Assembly: GCF_000195955.2 (NCBI RefSeq)
Contig: NC_000962.3
Coordinates: 420,001-452,000 of the forward strand
Reading direction: 5' to 3'
Length of the DNA: 32,000 nucleotides
DNA from: Mycobacterium tuberculosis H37Rv
Lineage (GTDB): Bacteria; Actinomycetota; Actinomycetes; Mycobacteriales; Mycobacteriaceae
Shown here: positions 1-10,700 of the stretch, one piece after another
Numbering within the stretch: position 1 is the first letter of the stretch
How the letters are laid out: each line of letters starts with the position of its first letter
Translations under genes and position numbers: made by a program
Notes under the pieces: generated by a model
Seen by the model: the letters and a program-made list of their open reading frames with translations, nothing else
What the model was told of the DNA's origin: nothing
Databases searched by the model: none

Positions 1-1712
1 ACCAGGCAGTGACCAACGTCGATCGCACCGTGCGCTCGGTCAAGCGACACATGGGCAGCGACTGGTCCATAGAGATTGACGGCAAGAAATACACCGCGCC
101 GGAGATCAGCGCCCGCATTCTGATGAAGCTGAAGCGCGACGCCGAGGCCTACCTCGGTGAGGACATTACCGACGCGGTTATCACGACGCCCGCCTACTTC
201 AATGACGCCCAGCGTCAGGCCACCAAGGACGCCGGCCAGATCGCCGGCCTCAACGTGCTGCGGATCGTCAACGAGCCGACCGCGGCCGCGCTGGCCTACG
301 GCCTCGACAAGGGCGAGAAGGAGCAGCGAATCCTGGTCTTCGACTTGGGTGGTGGCACTTTCGACGTTTCCCTGCTGGAGATCGGCGAGGGTGTGGTTGA
401 GGTCCGTGCCACTTCGGGTGACAACCACCTCGGCGGCGACGACTGGGACCAGCGGGTCGTCGATTGGCTGGTGGACAAGTTCAAGGGCACCAGCGGCATC
501 GATCTGACCAAGGACAAGATGGCGATGCAGCGGCTGCGGGAAGCCGCCGAGAAGGCAAAGATCGAGCTGAGTTCGAGTCAGTCCACCTCGATCAACCTGC
601 CCTACATCACCGTCGACGCCGACAAGAACCCGTTGTTCTTAGACGAGCAGCTGACCCGCGCGGAGTTCCAACGGATCACTCAGGACCTGCTGGACCGCAC
701 TCGCAAGCCGTTCCAGTCGGTGATCGCTGACACCGGCATTTCGGTGTCGGAGATCGATCACGTTGTGCTCGTGGGTGGTTCGACCCGGATGCCCGCGGTG
801 ACCGATCTGGTCAAGGAACTCACCGGCGGCAAGGAACCCAACAAGGGCGTCAACCCCGATGAGGTTGTCGCGGTGGGAGCCGCTCTGCAGGCCGGCGTCC
901 TCAAGGGCGAGGTGAAAGACGTTCTGCTGCTTGATGTTACCCCGCTGAGCCTGGGTATCGAGACCAAGGGCGGGGTGATGACCAGGCTCATCGAGCGCAA
1001 CACCACGATCCCCACCAAGCGGTCGGAGACTTTCACCACCGCCGACGACAACCAACCGTCGGTGCAGATCCAGGTCTATCAGGGGGAGCGTGAGATCGCC
1101 GCGCACAACAAGTTGCTCGGGTCCTTCGAGCTGACCGGCATCCCGCCGGCGCCGCGGGGGATTCCGCAGATCGAGGTCACTTTCGACATCGACGCCAACG
1201 GCATTGTGCACGTCACCGCCAAGGACAAGGGCACCGGCAAGGAGAACACGATCCGAATCCAGGAAGGCTCGGGCCTGTCCAAGGAAGACATTGACCGCAT
1301 GATCAAGGACGCCGAAGCGCACGCCGAGGAGGATCGCAAGCGTCGCGAGGAGGCCGATGTTCGTAATCAAGCCGAGACATTGGTCTACCAGACGGAGAAG
1401 TTCGTCAAAGAACAGCGTGAGGCCGAGGGTGGTTCGAAGGTACCTGAAGACACGCTGAACAAGGTTGATGCCGCGGTGGCGGAAGCGAAGGCGGCACTTG
1501 GCGGATCGGATATTTCGGCCATCAAGTCGGCGATGGAGAAGCTGGGCCAGGAGTCGCAGGCTCTGGGGCAAGCGATCTACGAAGCAGCTCAGGCTGCGTC
1601 ACAGGCCACTGGCGCTGCCCACCCCGGCGGCGAGCCGGGCGGTGCCCACCCCGGCTCGGCTGATGACGTTGTGGACGCGGAGGTGGTCGACGACGGCCGG
1701 GAGGCCAAGTGA
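1..1712 (+). CDS. dnaK: Hsp70 chaperone DnaK, 5'-truncated by the window edge (reading frame continues from nt 3; the track ORF start at 9 is an internal GTG)
   Basis: The translation has Hsp70 signatures ([31 protein letters not shown]) and is collinear with mycobacterial DnaK. Stop TGA 1710-1712 overlaps the grpE GTG (GTGA). Confidence 0.98.
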
Positions 1713-2416
1713 CGGACGGAAATCAAAAGCCGGATGGCAATTCGGGCGAACAGGTAACCGTCACTGACAAGCGGCGGATCGATCCCGAGACGGGTGAAGT
1801 GCGGCACGTCCCTCCCGGCGACATGCCGGGAGGGACGGCTGCGGCCGATGCGGCGCACACCGAAGACAAGGTCGCCGAGCTGACCGCCGATCTGCAACGC
1901 GTGCAGGCCGACTTCGCCAACTACCGTAAGCGGGCGTTGCGCGATCAGCAGGCGGCCGCTGACCGAGCCAAGGCCAGCGTTGTCAGCCAATTGCTGGGTG
2001 TACTGGACGATCTCGAGCGGGCGCGCAAGCACGGCGATTTGGAGTCGGGTCCACTGAAGTCGGTCGCCGACAAGCTAGACAGCGCGTTGACCGGGCTGGG
2101 TCTGGTGGCGTTCGGTGCCGAGGGCGAGGATTTCGACCCCGTGCTGCACGAAGCGGTGCAACACGAGGGCGACGGCGGGCAGGGGTCCAAGCCGGTAATC
2201 GGCACCGTCATGCGGCAGGGCTACCAACTGGGTGAGCAGGTGCTGCGGCACGCCTTGGTCGGCGTCGTCGACACGGTGGTCGTCGACGCGGCCGAACTGG
2301 AGTCAGTCGACGACGGCACTGCGGTCGCAGATACCGCCGAAAACGATCAAGCTGACCAGGGCAATAGCGCCGACACCTCGGGCGAACAGGCAGAATCAGA
2401 ACCGTCGGGCAGTTAA
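1709..2416 (+). CDS. grpE: Nucleotide exchange factor GrpE (235 aa)
   Basis: The GTG start overlaps the dnaK stop by 4 nt. The GrpE-like C-terminal half reads [12 protein letters not shown]...[20 protein letters not shown]. The gene sits between dnaK and dnaJ. Confidence 0.96.
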
Positions 2417-2451
2417 CAACAAAAGAGGAAGGCGAGAGGGGGTGACGCGAC

Positions 2452-3639
2452 ATGGCCCAAAGGGAATGGGTCGAAAAAGACTTCTACCAGGAGCTGGGCG
2501 TCTCCTCTGATGCCAGTCCTGAAGAGATCAAACGTGCCTATCGGAAGTTGGCGCGCGACCTGCATCCGGACGCGAACCCGGGCAACCCGGCCGCCGGCGA
2601 ACGGTTCAAGGCGGTTTCGGAGGCGCATAACGTGCTGTCGGATCCGGCCAAGCGCAAGGAGTACGACGAAACCCGCCGCCTGTTCGCCGGCGGCGGGTTC
2701 GGCGGCCGTCGGTTCGACAGCGGCTTTGGGGGCGGGTTCGGCGGTTTCGGGGTCGGTGGAGACGGCGCCGAGTTCAACCTCAACGACTTGTTCGACGCCG
2801 CCAGCCGAACCGGCGGTACCACCATCGGTGACTTGTTCGGTGGCTTGTTCGGACGCGGTGGCAGCGCCCGTCCCAGCCGCCCGCGACGCGGCAACGACCT
2901 GGAGACCGAGACCGAGTTGGATTTCGTGGAGGCCGCCAAGGGCGTGGCGATGCCGCTGCGATTAACCAGCCCGGCGCCGTGCACCAACTGCCATGGCAGC
3001 GGGGCCCGGCCAGGCACCAGCCCAAAGGTGTGTCCCACTTGCAACGGGTCGGGCGTGATCAACCGCAATCAGGGCGCGTTCGGCTTCTCCGAGCCGTGCA
3101 CCGACTGCCGAGGTAGCGGCTCGATCATCGAGCACCCCTGCGAGGAGTGCAAAGGCACCGGCGTGACCACCCGCACCCGAACCATCAACGTGCGGATCCC
3201 GCCCGGTGTCGAGGATGGGCAGCGCATCCGGCTAGCCGGTCAGGGCGAGGCCGGGTTGCGCGGCGCTCCCTCGGGGGATCTCTACGTGACGGTGCATGTG
3301 CGGCCCGACAAGATCTTCGGCCGCGACGGCGACGACCTCACCGTCACCGTTCCGGTCAGCTTCACCGAATTGGCTTTGGGCTCGACGCTGTCGGTGCCTA
3401 CCCTGGACGGCACGGTCGGGGTCCGGGTGCCCAAAGGCACCGCTGACGGCCGCATTCTGCGTGTGCGCGGACGCGGTGTGCCCAAGCGCAGTGGGGGTAG
3501 CGGCGACCTACTTGTCACCGTGAAGGTGGCCGTGCCGCCCAATTTGGCAGGCGCCGCTCAGGAAGCTCTGGAAGCCTATGCGGCGGCGGAGCGGTCCAGT
3601 GGTTTCAACCCGCGGGCCGGATGGGCAGGTAATCGCTGA
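2452..3639 (+). CDS. dnaJ: Hsp40 co-chaperone DnaJ (DnaJ1, 395 aa)
   Basis: It has a J-domain with HPD ([10 protein letters not shown]), a Gly/Phe-rich linker and four CxxCxGxG zinc-finger repeats ([32 protein letters not shown]). A purine-rich SD-like stretch lies upstream of the ATG. Confidence 0.97.
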   Translation: MAQREWVEKDFYQELGVSSDASPEEIKRAYRKLARDLHPDANPGNPAAGERFKAVSEAHNVLSDPAKRKEYDETRRLFAGGGFGGRRFDSGFGGGFGGFGVGGDGAEFNLNDLFDAASRTGGTTIGDLFGGLFGRGGSARPSRPRRGNDLETETELDFVEAAKGVAMPLRLTSPAPCTNCHGSGARPGTSPKVCPTCNGSGVINRNQGAFGFSEPCTDCRGSGSIIEHPCEECKGTGVTTRTRTINVRIPPGVEDGQRIRLAGQGEAGLRGAPSGDLYVTVHVRPDKIFGRDGDDLTVTVPVSFTELALGSTLSVPTLDGTVGVRVPKGTADGRILRVRGRGVPKRSGGSGDLLVTVKVAVPPNLAGAAQEALEAYAAAERSSGFNPRAGWAGNR

Positions 3640-4019
3640 TGGCGAAGAACCCAAAGGACGGGGAATCCCGGACGTTTTTGATCTCGGTAGCCGCCGAGCT
3701 AGCCGGCATGCATGCACAGACCCTGCGTACCTACGATCGTCTTGGGTTGGTCAGCCCGCGGCGCACCTCCGGTGGCGGGCGCCGCTATTCCCTGCATGAC
3801 GTCGAGTTGCTGCGCCAGGTGCAGCACCTCTCGCAGGACGAGGGGGTCAACTTGGCCGGCATCAAGCGCATTATTGAACTGACCAGTCAGGTCGAGGCGC
3901 TGCAGTCCAGGTTGCAAGAGATGGCTGAGGAGTTGGCGGTGTTGCGTGCCAACCAGCGCCGCGAGGTCGCGGTGGTGCCGAAGAGCACCGCCCTGGTCGT
4001 CTGGAAACCGCGCCGGTGA
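3639..4019 (+). CDS. hspR: MerR-family heat-shock repressor HspR (126 aa)
   Basis: It has a MerR-type HTH (ISVAAELAGMHAQTLRTYDRLGLVSPRRTSGGGRRY). The ATG shares one base with the dnaJ stop (TGATG at 3637-3641). It is the last gene of the dnaK operon, as in actinobacteria. Confidence 0.95.
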   Translation: MAKNPKDGESRTFLISVAAELAGMHAQTLRTYDRLGLVSPRRTSGGGRRYSLHDVELLRQVQHLSQDEGVNLAGIKRIIELTSQVEALQSRLQEMAEELAVLRANQRREVAVVPKSTALVVWKPRR

Positions 4020-4143
4020 GCGAGCGCGCGTAGCGGGGGAGCGAACGGCGCAGTTGGCACCAGCCGGTGAGCGAGCGCGCGTAGCGGGGGAGCGAACGGC
4101 GCAGTTGGCACCAGCCGGTGAGCGAGCGCGCGTAGCGGGGGAG
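4013..4143. repeat. MIRU-type minisatellite: 51-bp unit, 2 full copies plus a 29-bp partial copy. From memory this is MIRU-VNTR typing locus 0424 / Mtub04.
   Basis: The unit ccggtgagcgagcgcgcgtagcgggggagcgaacggcgcagttggcaccag starts at 4013, 4064 and 4115, and the compared parts are identical by eye. The first unit overlaps the hspR stop codon (TGA 4017-4019). Confidence 0.92.
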
Positions 4144-4320
4144 TTAGGGTCCGCTACCGTTGTTGAGGATGCCGGAGAGTCGGGCTCCGTGGTTGCCGAA
4201 GCCGGAGATAAGGGCTTGGGTCGCGAGGTCCAGCATGCTCGTGTTGTAGAAACCGGAGACGGTATTGCCTAGGTTCGCCCAGCCCGACAGCAGGTTGCCG
4301 AAGTTTTGGAAGCCCGAATT
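4144..4320 (-). pseudogene. Frameshifted C-terminal remnant of a PPE-MPTR protein. It lies in the same frame as PPE8 and is out of frame with PPE7.
   Basis: The last 58 codons of track ORF 4144..4659 read [58 protein letters not shown]. This is collinear with the [29 protein letters not shown] module repeated in PPE8. The upstream part of that ORF is Arg/His-rich nonsense. Confidence 0.65.
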
Positions 4321-4694
4321 CCTACGCCGCCAGCATTGAAGAAGCCCGAAGTCTCGGTGAAGACGTTTCCCAGGCCCGACACGGCGGCTGCGGCGTCGTT
4401 GAGGAAGCCCGATGCGCCACCGGCGCCGGAGTTGAAGAAGCCCGACGACGGGGTTGTGGTCGAGTTGAAGAATCCCGGGCTCTGCTGCCAGCCGAAGCCG
4501 AAGGGGAACGCGCCCACGGTGCCGCTGCCGGCGAAATCGAGGGTTTGGGTGAAAGCCGTGTCGATGGGCTGGTCGGGGTTGATCGTGCTGGCATCGATTT
4601 CGTAGGGGCCGAGATGTTCGGTGGTGATGGGTATGGTGACCGAGACATGCTTTACACACCCCTTGAAAGGGATGTAGATCACGCAGACCGACAC
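4269..4694 (-). CDS. PPE7: PPE7: a PPE-MPTR internal fragment with no N-terminal PPE domain, probably a gene remnant (141 aa from GTG 4694; TTG 4700 is also possible)
   Basis: The translation ...[26 protein letters not shown]...SGFFNAGGVG matches internal PPE8 modules. There is no PPE (Pro-Pro-Glu) N-terminal domain. The last ~15 codons (RASKTSATCCRAGRT) look out of frame. Confidence 0.75.
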   Translation of the reverse strand: MSVCVIYIPFKGCVKHVSVTIPITTEHLGPYEIDASTINPDQPIDTAFTQTLDFAGSGTVGAFPFGFGWQQSPGFFNSTTTPSSGFFNSGAGGASGFLNDAAAAVSGLGNVFTETSGFFNAGGVGIRASKTSATCCRAGRT

Positions 4695-4776
4695 CCGCAA
4701 CTTGATGGGTATTTCGAATTCGTCAATAGTGAACGCGTCCTGGGTGATGGCGTTGATGTCGCCCTCGATGGGTATT

Positions 4777-7700
4777 TCAATGTTGGAACCTGTCGTAGCT
4801 CCACGGGATTTCGGAAACGGCGCTCTGGTAGGCGAAACCGCCTAGGCCCTGGTAGTCGCCCCGCCAGAAGAAGCCGTTGCTGTAGTTGCCCGAATTGAAG
4901 GCGCCGGTGTTGACATCGCCGGAGTTGGCGATGCCGGTGTTGGAGTTGCCCGGGTTGAAGTAGCCGGTGTTGTAGTTACCGGGGTTGAAGCCGCCGGTGT
5001 TGTAGTCGCCGGGGTTGAAGCTGCCGGTGTTGGTGTTCCCGGCGTTGAATAGGCCGGTGTTGTAGTCACCGGAGTTGCCAATGCCGGTGTTGACCAGGCC
5101 GGTGTTGAAGAAGCCGGAGTTGGTGCTGCCGGTGTTGCCGATGCCGGTGTTGTAGTCACCGGAGTTTCCGATGCCCCAGTTGCCGGTGCCGGAGTTGCCG
5201 AAGCCGATGTTGCCGGTGCCGGAGTTGAATAGCCCGATGTTGCCGGTGCCCGAGTTCCAGCCGCCGAACCCGGTCATGGTGTCGCCGGTCAGCCCGATGC
5301 CGATGTTTCCGTTTCCGGTGTTGCCGAAGCCGATGTTGCCGGTGCCGGTATTGCCGATGCCGATGTTTCCGTTTCCGGTGTTGCCGAAGCCGATGTTGCC
5401 GATGGCCGCCGTCAGCCCCGGACCGACGTTGCCGAACCCGATGTTGGAGCTGCCGATGTTGGCGCTGCCCAGGTTGAAGTCGCCGATGTTGGCGCTGCCC
5501 AGGTTGAAGTCGCCGATGTTGGCGCTGCCCAGGTTGTAGACGCCGATGTTGGCGCTGCCCAGGTTGTAGTTGCCGATGTTTGCGCTACCCAGATTCCAGA
5601 ACCCGAGGTTGGCCAAGCCCACGCTGAAGGTCGTCTCGGTCGGGCCGTTCTGCAACCACCCAGCCAGGTTGGTGCCGATGTTGAGCAAGCCCGAGACATT
5701 TGCCGGTGCTCCCAAGCCGGTGTTGTAGATGCCCGAGATGCTGTTGCCCAAATTCGCCCAGCCCGACTGCAGCGACCCATAGTTTTGGAAGCCCGAATTT
5801 CCCATGCTGCTAGTGGCGAAGTTGTAGAGGCCCGAGTTGTTGCCGAAGTTCAGCAAGCCCGATGCGCTGCCAGCACCCCAGTTGAGGAAGCCCGACGACG
5901 GGCCGGTGGTGGCGTTGAAGAAGCCGGGCGCTGGCCGCAAGTCGATGATCGGAATGCTGATCGGGCCGGCGCCGGCGCCGCCCACGATGTTGATCACGGT
6001 GGAGCCGTCGGGCTTGCCGATGTTGAGGTTGATCGCCGGCGAGGGGCCGAAGTCAATTTCGATGGGTGTGTCCAGCGGGGCCGACGCGTCCCCGCCATGC
6101 AGGGTGATCGGACCGACCGGGGCCAAGACGGTGCCACTGAGGATGCCTATGTCGACGCTTCCGCTGGCGTCGATTCTGGGGAACGTAATGGCGGGGATGG
6201 AGACATTGGTGATGTCGCCGGTGATGGGGATGTTGACCGGGATGTCGACATTGAGGAACGCGGCAGGTCGCTCGATGGTGATGGTGTAGTTGGCCGCCAG
6301 CAGGCCCTGCCGGTCGGCGCGCCAGAGCAAGCCGTTGTTCATGCTGCCGGTGATGAACGCGCCGGTGCCGTAGTCTCCGGCGTTTGCCATGCCGGTGTTG
6401 TAGCTACCGGTGTTGTAGGAGCCGGTGTTGTAGTGGCCCGGGTTGGCGATGCCGGTGTTGAAGGTGCCGATGTTGAACAGGCCGGTGTTGTGGTTGCCCG
6501 GGTTGGCGATGCCGGTGTTGACCAGGCCCGCGTTGAGCAAGCCGGTGTTGTAGTTGCCGCTGTTTCCGATGCCGGTGTTGCCGGTGCCGGTGTTGCCGAT
6601 GCCGACGTTGCCGGTGCCCGAGTTGCCGATGCCGACATTGCCGGTGCCCGAGTTAAACAAGCCGATGTTGAAACTGCCCGAGTTGGTGCCGCCGATGCCC
6701 ACCTGGCTGTCGCCGGATAGGCCGACGCCGAAGCCGCCGGTGCCCATGTTGCCGATGCCGACGTTGCCGGTGCCCGAGTTGAACAAGCCGGTGTTGCCGG
6801 TGCCGGAGTTGAACAAGCCGGTGTTGGCGGTGCCGGAGTTGAAGAAACCGGTGTTGCCGGCGCCGGAGTTCAGGGAGCTGAAGCCGGACAAGCCGTCGCC
6901 GGTCAGCCCGATGCCGACGTTGTTGTTGCCGGTGTTGAACAAGCCGATGTTGTTGTTGCCGGTGTTGGCAATGCCCTGGTTGAAGTTGCCCGCGTTGGCC
7001 ATGCCAAAGTTGTTGTCGCCCAGGTTGAACAGGCCCATGTTGGCGATGCCGGCGTTCAGCGGGCCGAACCCGATCTGGTTGTCGCCGGACAGGCCGATGC
7101 CGATGTTGTTGTTGCCGGTGTTGCCGAAGCCGATGTTGTAGTTACCGGTGTTGCCGACACCGATGTTGTAGTTGCCGGTGTTGCCGATACCGATGTTGTT
7201 GACAGCCGCCGTTAGCCCCGGACCGGTGTTTGCGATCCCGACGTTAAAGTCGCCGATGTTTGCGCCGCCGATGTTCGCGTTGCCAATGTTGCCGAAGCCG
7301 ACGTTTGAATTGCCGAGGTTTGCACTGCCGAGGTTTGCACTGCCGAGGTTTGCACTGCCGAGGTTTGCACTGCCCACGTTGAATTGGCCGAGGTTTGCCA
7401 GGCCCGCGTTGAAGGTCGACCCGTTCGGGCCGCGGAGCACGCCGGTCAGGTCGGCGCCGACGTTGGAGAGTCCCGAGAGGTTAGCCGGCGTCGCGAAGTC
7501 CGCCGCACTGGTGTTGTAGAAGCCCGAGACGGTGTTGCCCAAGTTCGCCCAGCCGGATTGCAGCGAGCCGAAGTTCTGCAAGCCAGAGTTTCCTATGCCG
7601 GCGAAAGCGGTGTTCCAGAAGCCCGAATTGTTGGCGCCGACGTTTCCGAATCCAGACGAGCTGCCGGTGCCGGAGTTGAAGAAGCCCGATGAGGGGCCGG

Positions 7701-10700
7701 TGGTCGAGTTTCCGAAACCGGGGGCCGGCGGGATGTCCAGTAGCGGGATGACGACCGGGCCGGCGCCGCTGGTGATCGTGATGGGTATCGAGGATGAACC
7801 GCCGGGGTCGCCGATGTTGATATCGATCACCGGTAAGGTGCCGGCGATCCTCGGAACGATGATGGGTCCGACGCTGAAGTGGGTGACCCCGAGGGCGCGG
7901 AGGGTGATAGCCGGAATCTGGAAGCCGTTGACGGCAAGGGTACCGAAGTCGAGATGGATGGGGATGTTGACCGGAATGTTGAGGCTAAAGTTCAGTAGCG
8001 GGATCTGGGGAACAGTGATTGCGTAGTGTGCGCCCCACTGGCCTTGGTGATCGCTCTGCCAGAAGGCGCCGTTGCTGAAGTTGCCCCCGATGAAGGCGCC
8101 GGTGTTCACGTCGCCGGTGTTGTAGAAGCCGGTGTTGTAGTCGCCGGTGTTGTAGAAGCCGGTATTGAAGTCGCCGTCGTTGAAGCTGCCGGTGTTGGTG
8201 CTGCCGGTGTTGTAGCTGCCCGTGTTGGCGATGCCCACGTTGGCGATGCCGGTGTTGGTGCTGCCCACGTTGTAGCCACCGGTGTTGTAGGTGCCCACGT
8301 TGGCGACGCCCATATTGCCGGTGCCTGGGTTCCACAGGCCCCAGTTGCCGGTGCCCGAGTTCCCCAAGCCGGTGTTGCCGACACCCGGGTTGCCGATCCC
8401 GGTGTTTCCGATGCCCGAGTTGCCAATGCCGATGTTTCCGGTGCCCGAGTTGAACAAACCGATGTTGTTGGTGCCCGAGTTGAACAGGCCGGTGTTGGCG
8501 GTACCGGAGTTCCAGGAGCCGAACCCCTGTTGATTGTGGCCGGACAGCCCGATACCGATGTTGTTGTTGCCGGTGTTGGCAAACCCGATGTTGTTGCTGC
8601 CGCTGTTGGCGAAGCCCAGGTTGAAATCGCCGGCGTTGCCGAATCCGAAGTTGTAGCTGCCCAGGTTGCCTAGGCCGATGTTGTAGTTACCCAGGTTCGC
8701 CGGGCCGATATTGTATGAGCCCCGGTTTCCGGAGAAGACGTTGAAGCTGCCGATGTTGCCATGGCCGACGTTCGCGTTGCCGAGGTTTCCGAGGCCGACG
8801 TTGGAGTCGCCGATATTGCCGTGGCCGACATTCCCGCTGCCTACGTTGCCAAACCCGAGGTTGAGGATCTGGGTGTTGTTGACGAAGCCGGCGACCGTAG
8901 CACCGACATTCCCTCCGCCGGAGAGATTGGCCGGCATCGAAAGCCCAAGCGTGCTCGCATTGACAAGGCCGGAGACAGTGTTACCGAAGTTGAACCCGCC
9001 GGAGATCAGCTCGCCGAAGTTCTGGACGCCCGAGATTCCCGAGCTTCCAGAGGTGAGGTTGAAGAAGCCGGAACTATTGCTGCCCACGTTGCCAACGCCC
9101 GACACGGTACCGGTACCGGCGTTGAAGAATCCCGACGACGGGGTGGTCGTCGAGTTCCCGAATCCCGGGGCCGCCGGTATATCGATGAGTGGAATCTTGA
9201 TCGGCAATAGACCGCCGGTGCCGGCGATATCGATCAGCGGGTCCGGCCCGCTACCCAGGTTGATGCCGATATTGGGAAGGACAATCGAGATGTTCGGGAA
9301 ACTGAATGCATCGAGTGTGGCGGCATTGAACGGTATGCCGATCAAGAAGATATCGCCGGTGATCTCCGGGAATCTGAAGCCATGAACGGTGAACGTGCCA
9401 AGTGTGCCGGTGACCGGGATATCGAGGAAGATCGGCACGTGCAGTTTCACCGGAACGGCGGTGTCGGGCACGGTGATCGTTTGGCTGATCCCCGCCAGGC
9501 CTTGGTAATCGCCCCGCCACCAGAACCCGTTGCTGTAATTGCCGGTGATGAAGCCGCCGGTGTTGACATCGCCCGAGTTGGCCAGTCCGGTGTTGTAGCT
9601 GCCGGTGTTCAAATAACCCGTGTTGTAGCTACCCGGGTTGAAGCCGGCCGTGTTGAAGCTGCCGGCGTTGAAGCTGCCGGTGTTGTAATGGCCGGTGTTG
9701 AAGATGCCGGTGTTGACGTTGCCGGCGTTGAGCAAGCCGGTGTTGACGTCGCCGGTGTTGAAGATGCCGGTGTTGGTGTCACCGGTGTTGGCGATGCCCC
9801 AGTTTCCGGTGCCCGAGTTGCCGATGCCGATGTTGCCGGTGCCCGAGTTGAACAAACCGATGTTGTTGGTGCCAGAGTTGAACAGGCCGCTGTTGCCGCT
9901 GCCGGAGTTCCAGCCACCGGCAAAATTGAAGCCCTGCTGGTTGTCGCCGGACAGGCCGATACCGATGTTGTTGTTGCCGGTGTTGGCAAACCCGATGTTG
10001 TTGTTGCCGGTGTTGGCGAAGCCCAGGTTGAAGTCGCCGGCGTTGCCGAATCCGAAGTTGTAGCTGCCCAGGTTGCCTAGGCCGATGTTGTAGTTACCCA
10101 GGTTCGCCGGGCCGATGTTGTATGAGCCCTGGTTTCCGCCGAAGACGTTGAAGCTGCCGAGGTTGCCGCTGCCGAGGTTGAAGCTGCCGATGTTCGCCAA
10201 GCCGGCGTTGCTGTCGCCTACGTTGGAGAAGCCGACGTTGAATTGGCCGATGTTTCCCAGGCCGAGGTTGAACATCGACATCCCGGTCGCCTGGTCGTGG
10301 AAGAACCCCGCGAGGTTGCTGCCGATGTTGAACATGCCCGAGACGTTGGCCGGTGCCCCGATGCCGGTGTTGAATACGCCCGAGACGGTATCGCCCAGGT
10401 TCGCCAGTCCCGATTGCAGCGAGCCGTAGTTGTTGAAGCCCGAGGTCGCGGAGTTCGCGACGTTCTGGAAGCCGGAAATGTTGGCGCCGATGTTGGCGAT
10501 GCCCGATACGGTTCCGGGGCCGCCGTTGAAGAAGCCCGAGGACGGATCGGTGGTGGCGTTGAAAAAGCCCGTGGTAGCCGCAATGTTGACGAACGTGACA
10601 TCGAAGGGACCGACGCTTGCGGTGGCCGGGATCCTGATCGCGGTCGAACCGCCAGGGTCGCCGATGTTGACCGTGATCGCGGGACCGGTCCCGGTGATGG

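Noticed and set aside
1-4019. HspR operator (HAIR, CTTGAGT-N7-ACTCAAG type) or a CIRCE element within the chaperone operon.
   Set aside because: I found no such inverted repeat in 1-4019. The expected site is upstream of dnaK, which is outside this window.
3946-4272. A 108-aa plus-strand ORF reading through the MIRU array (GERARVAGERTAQLAPA repeated).
   Set aside because: The open frame is a by-product of the 51-bp (17-codon) repeat. It starts inside hspR out of frame and runs antisense into the PPE remnant, and it has no SD or independent coding signal.
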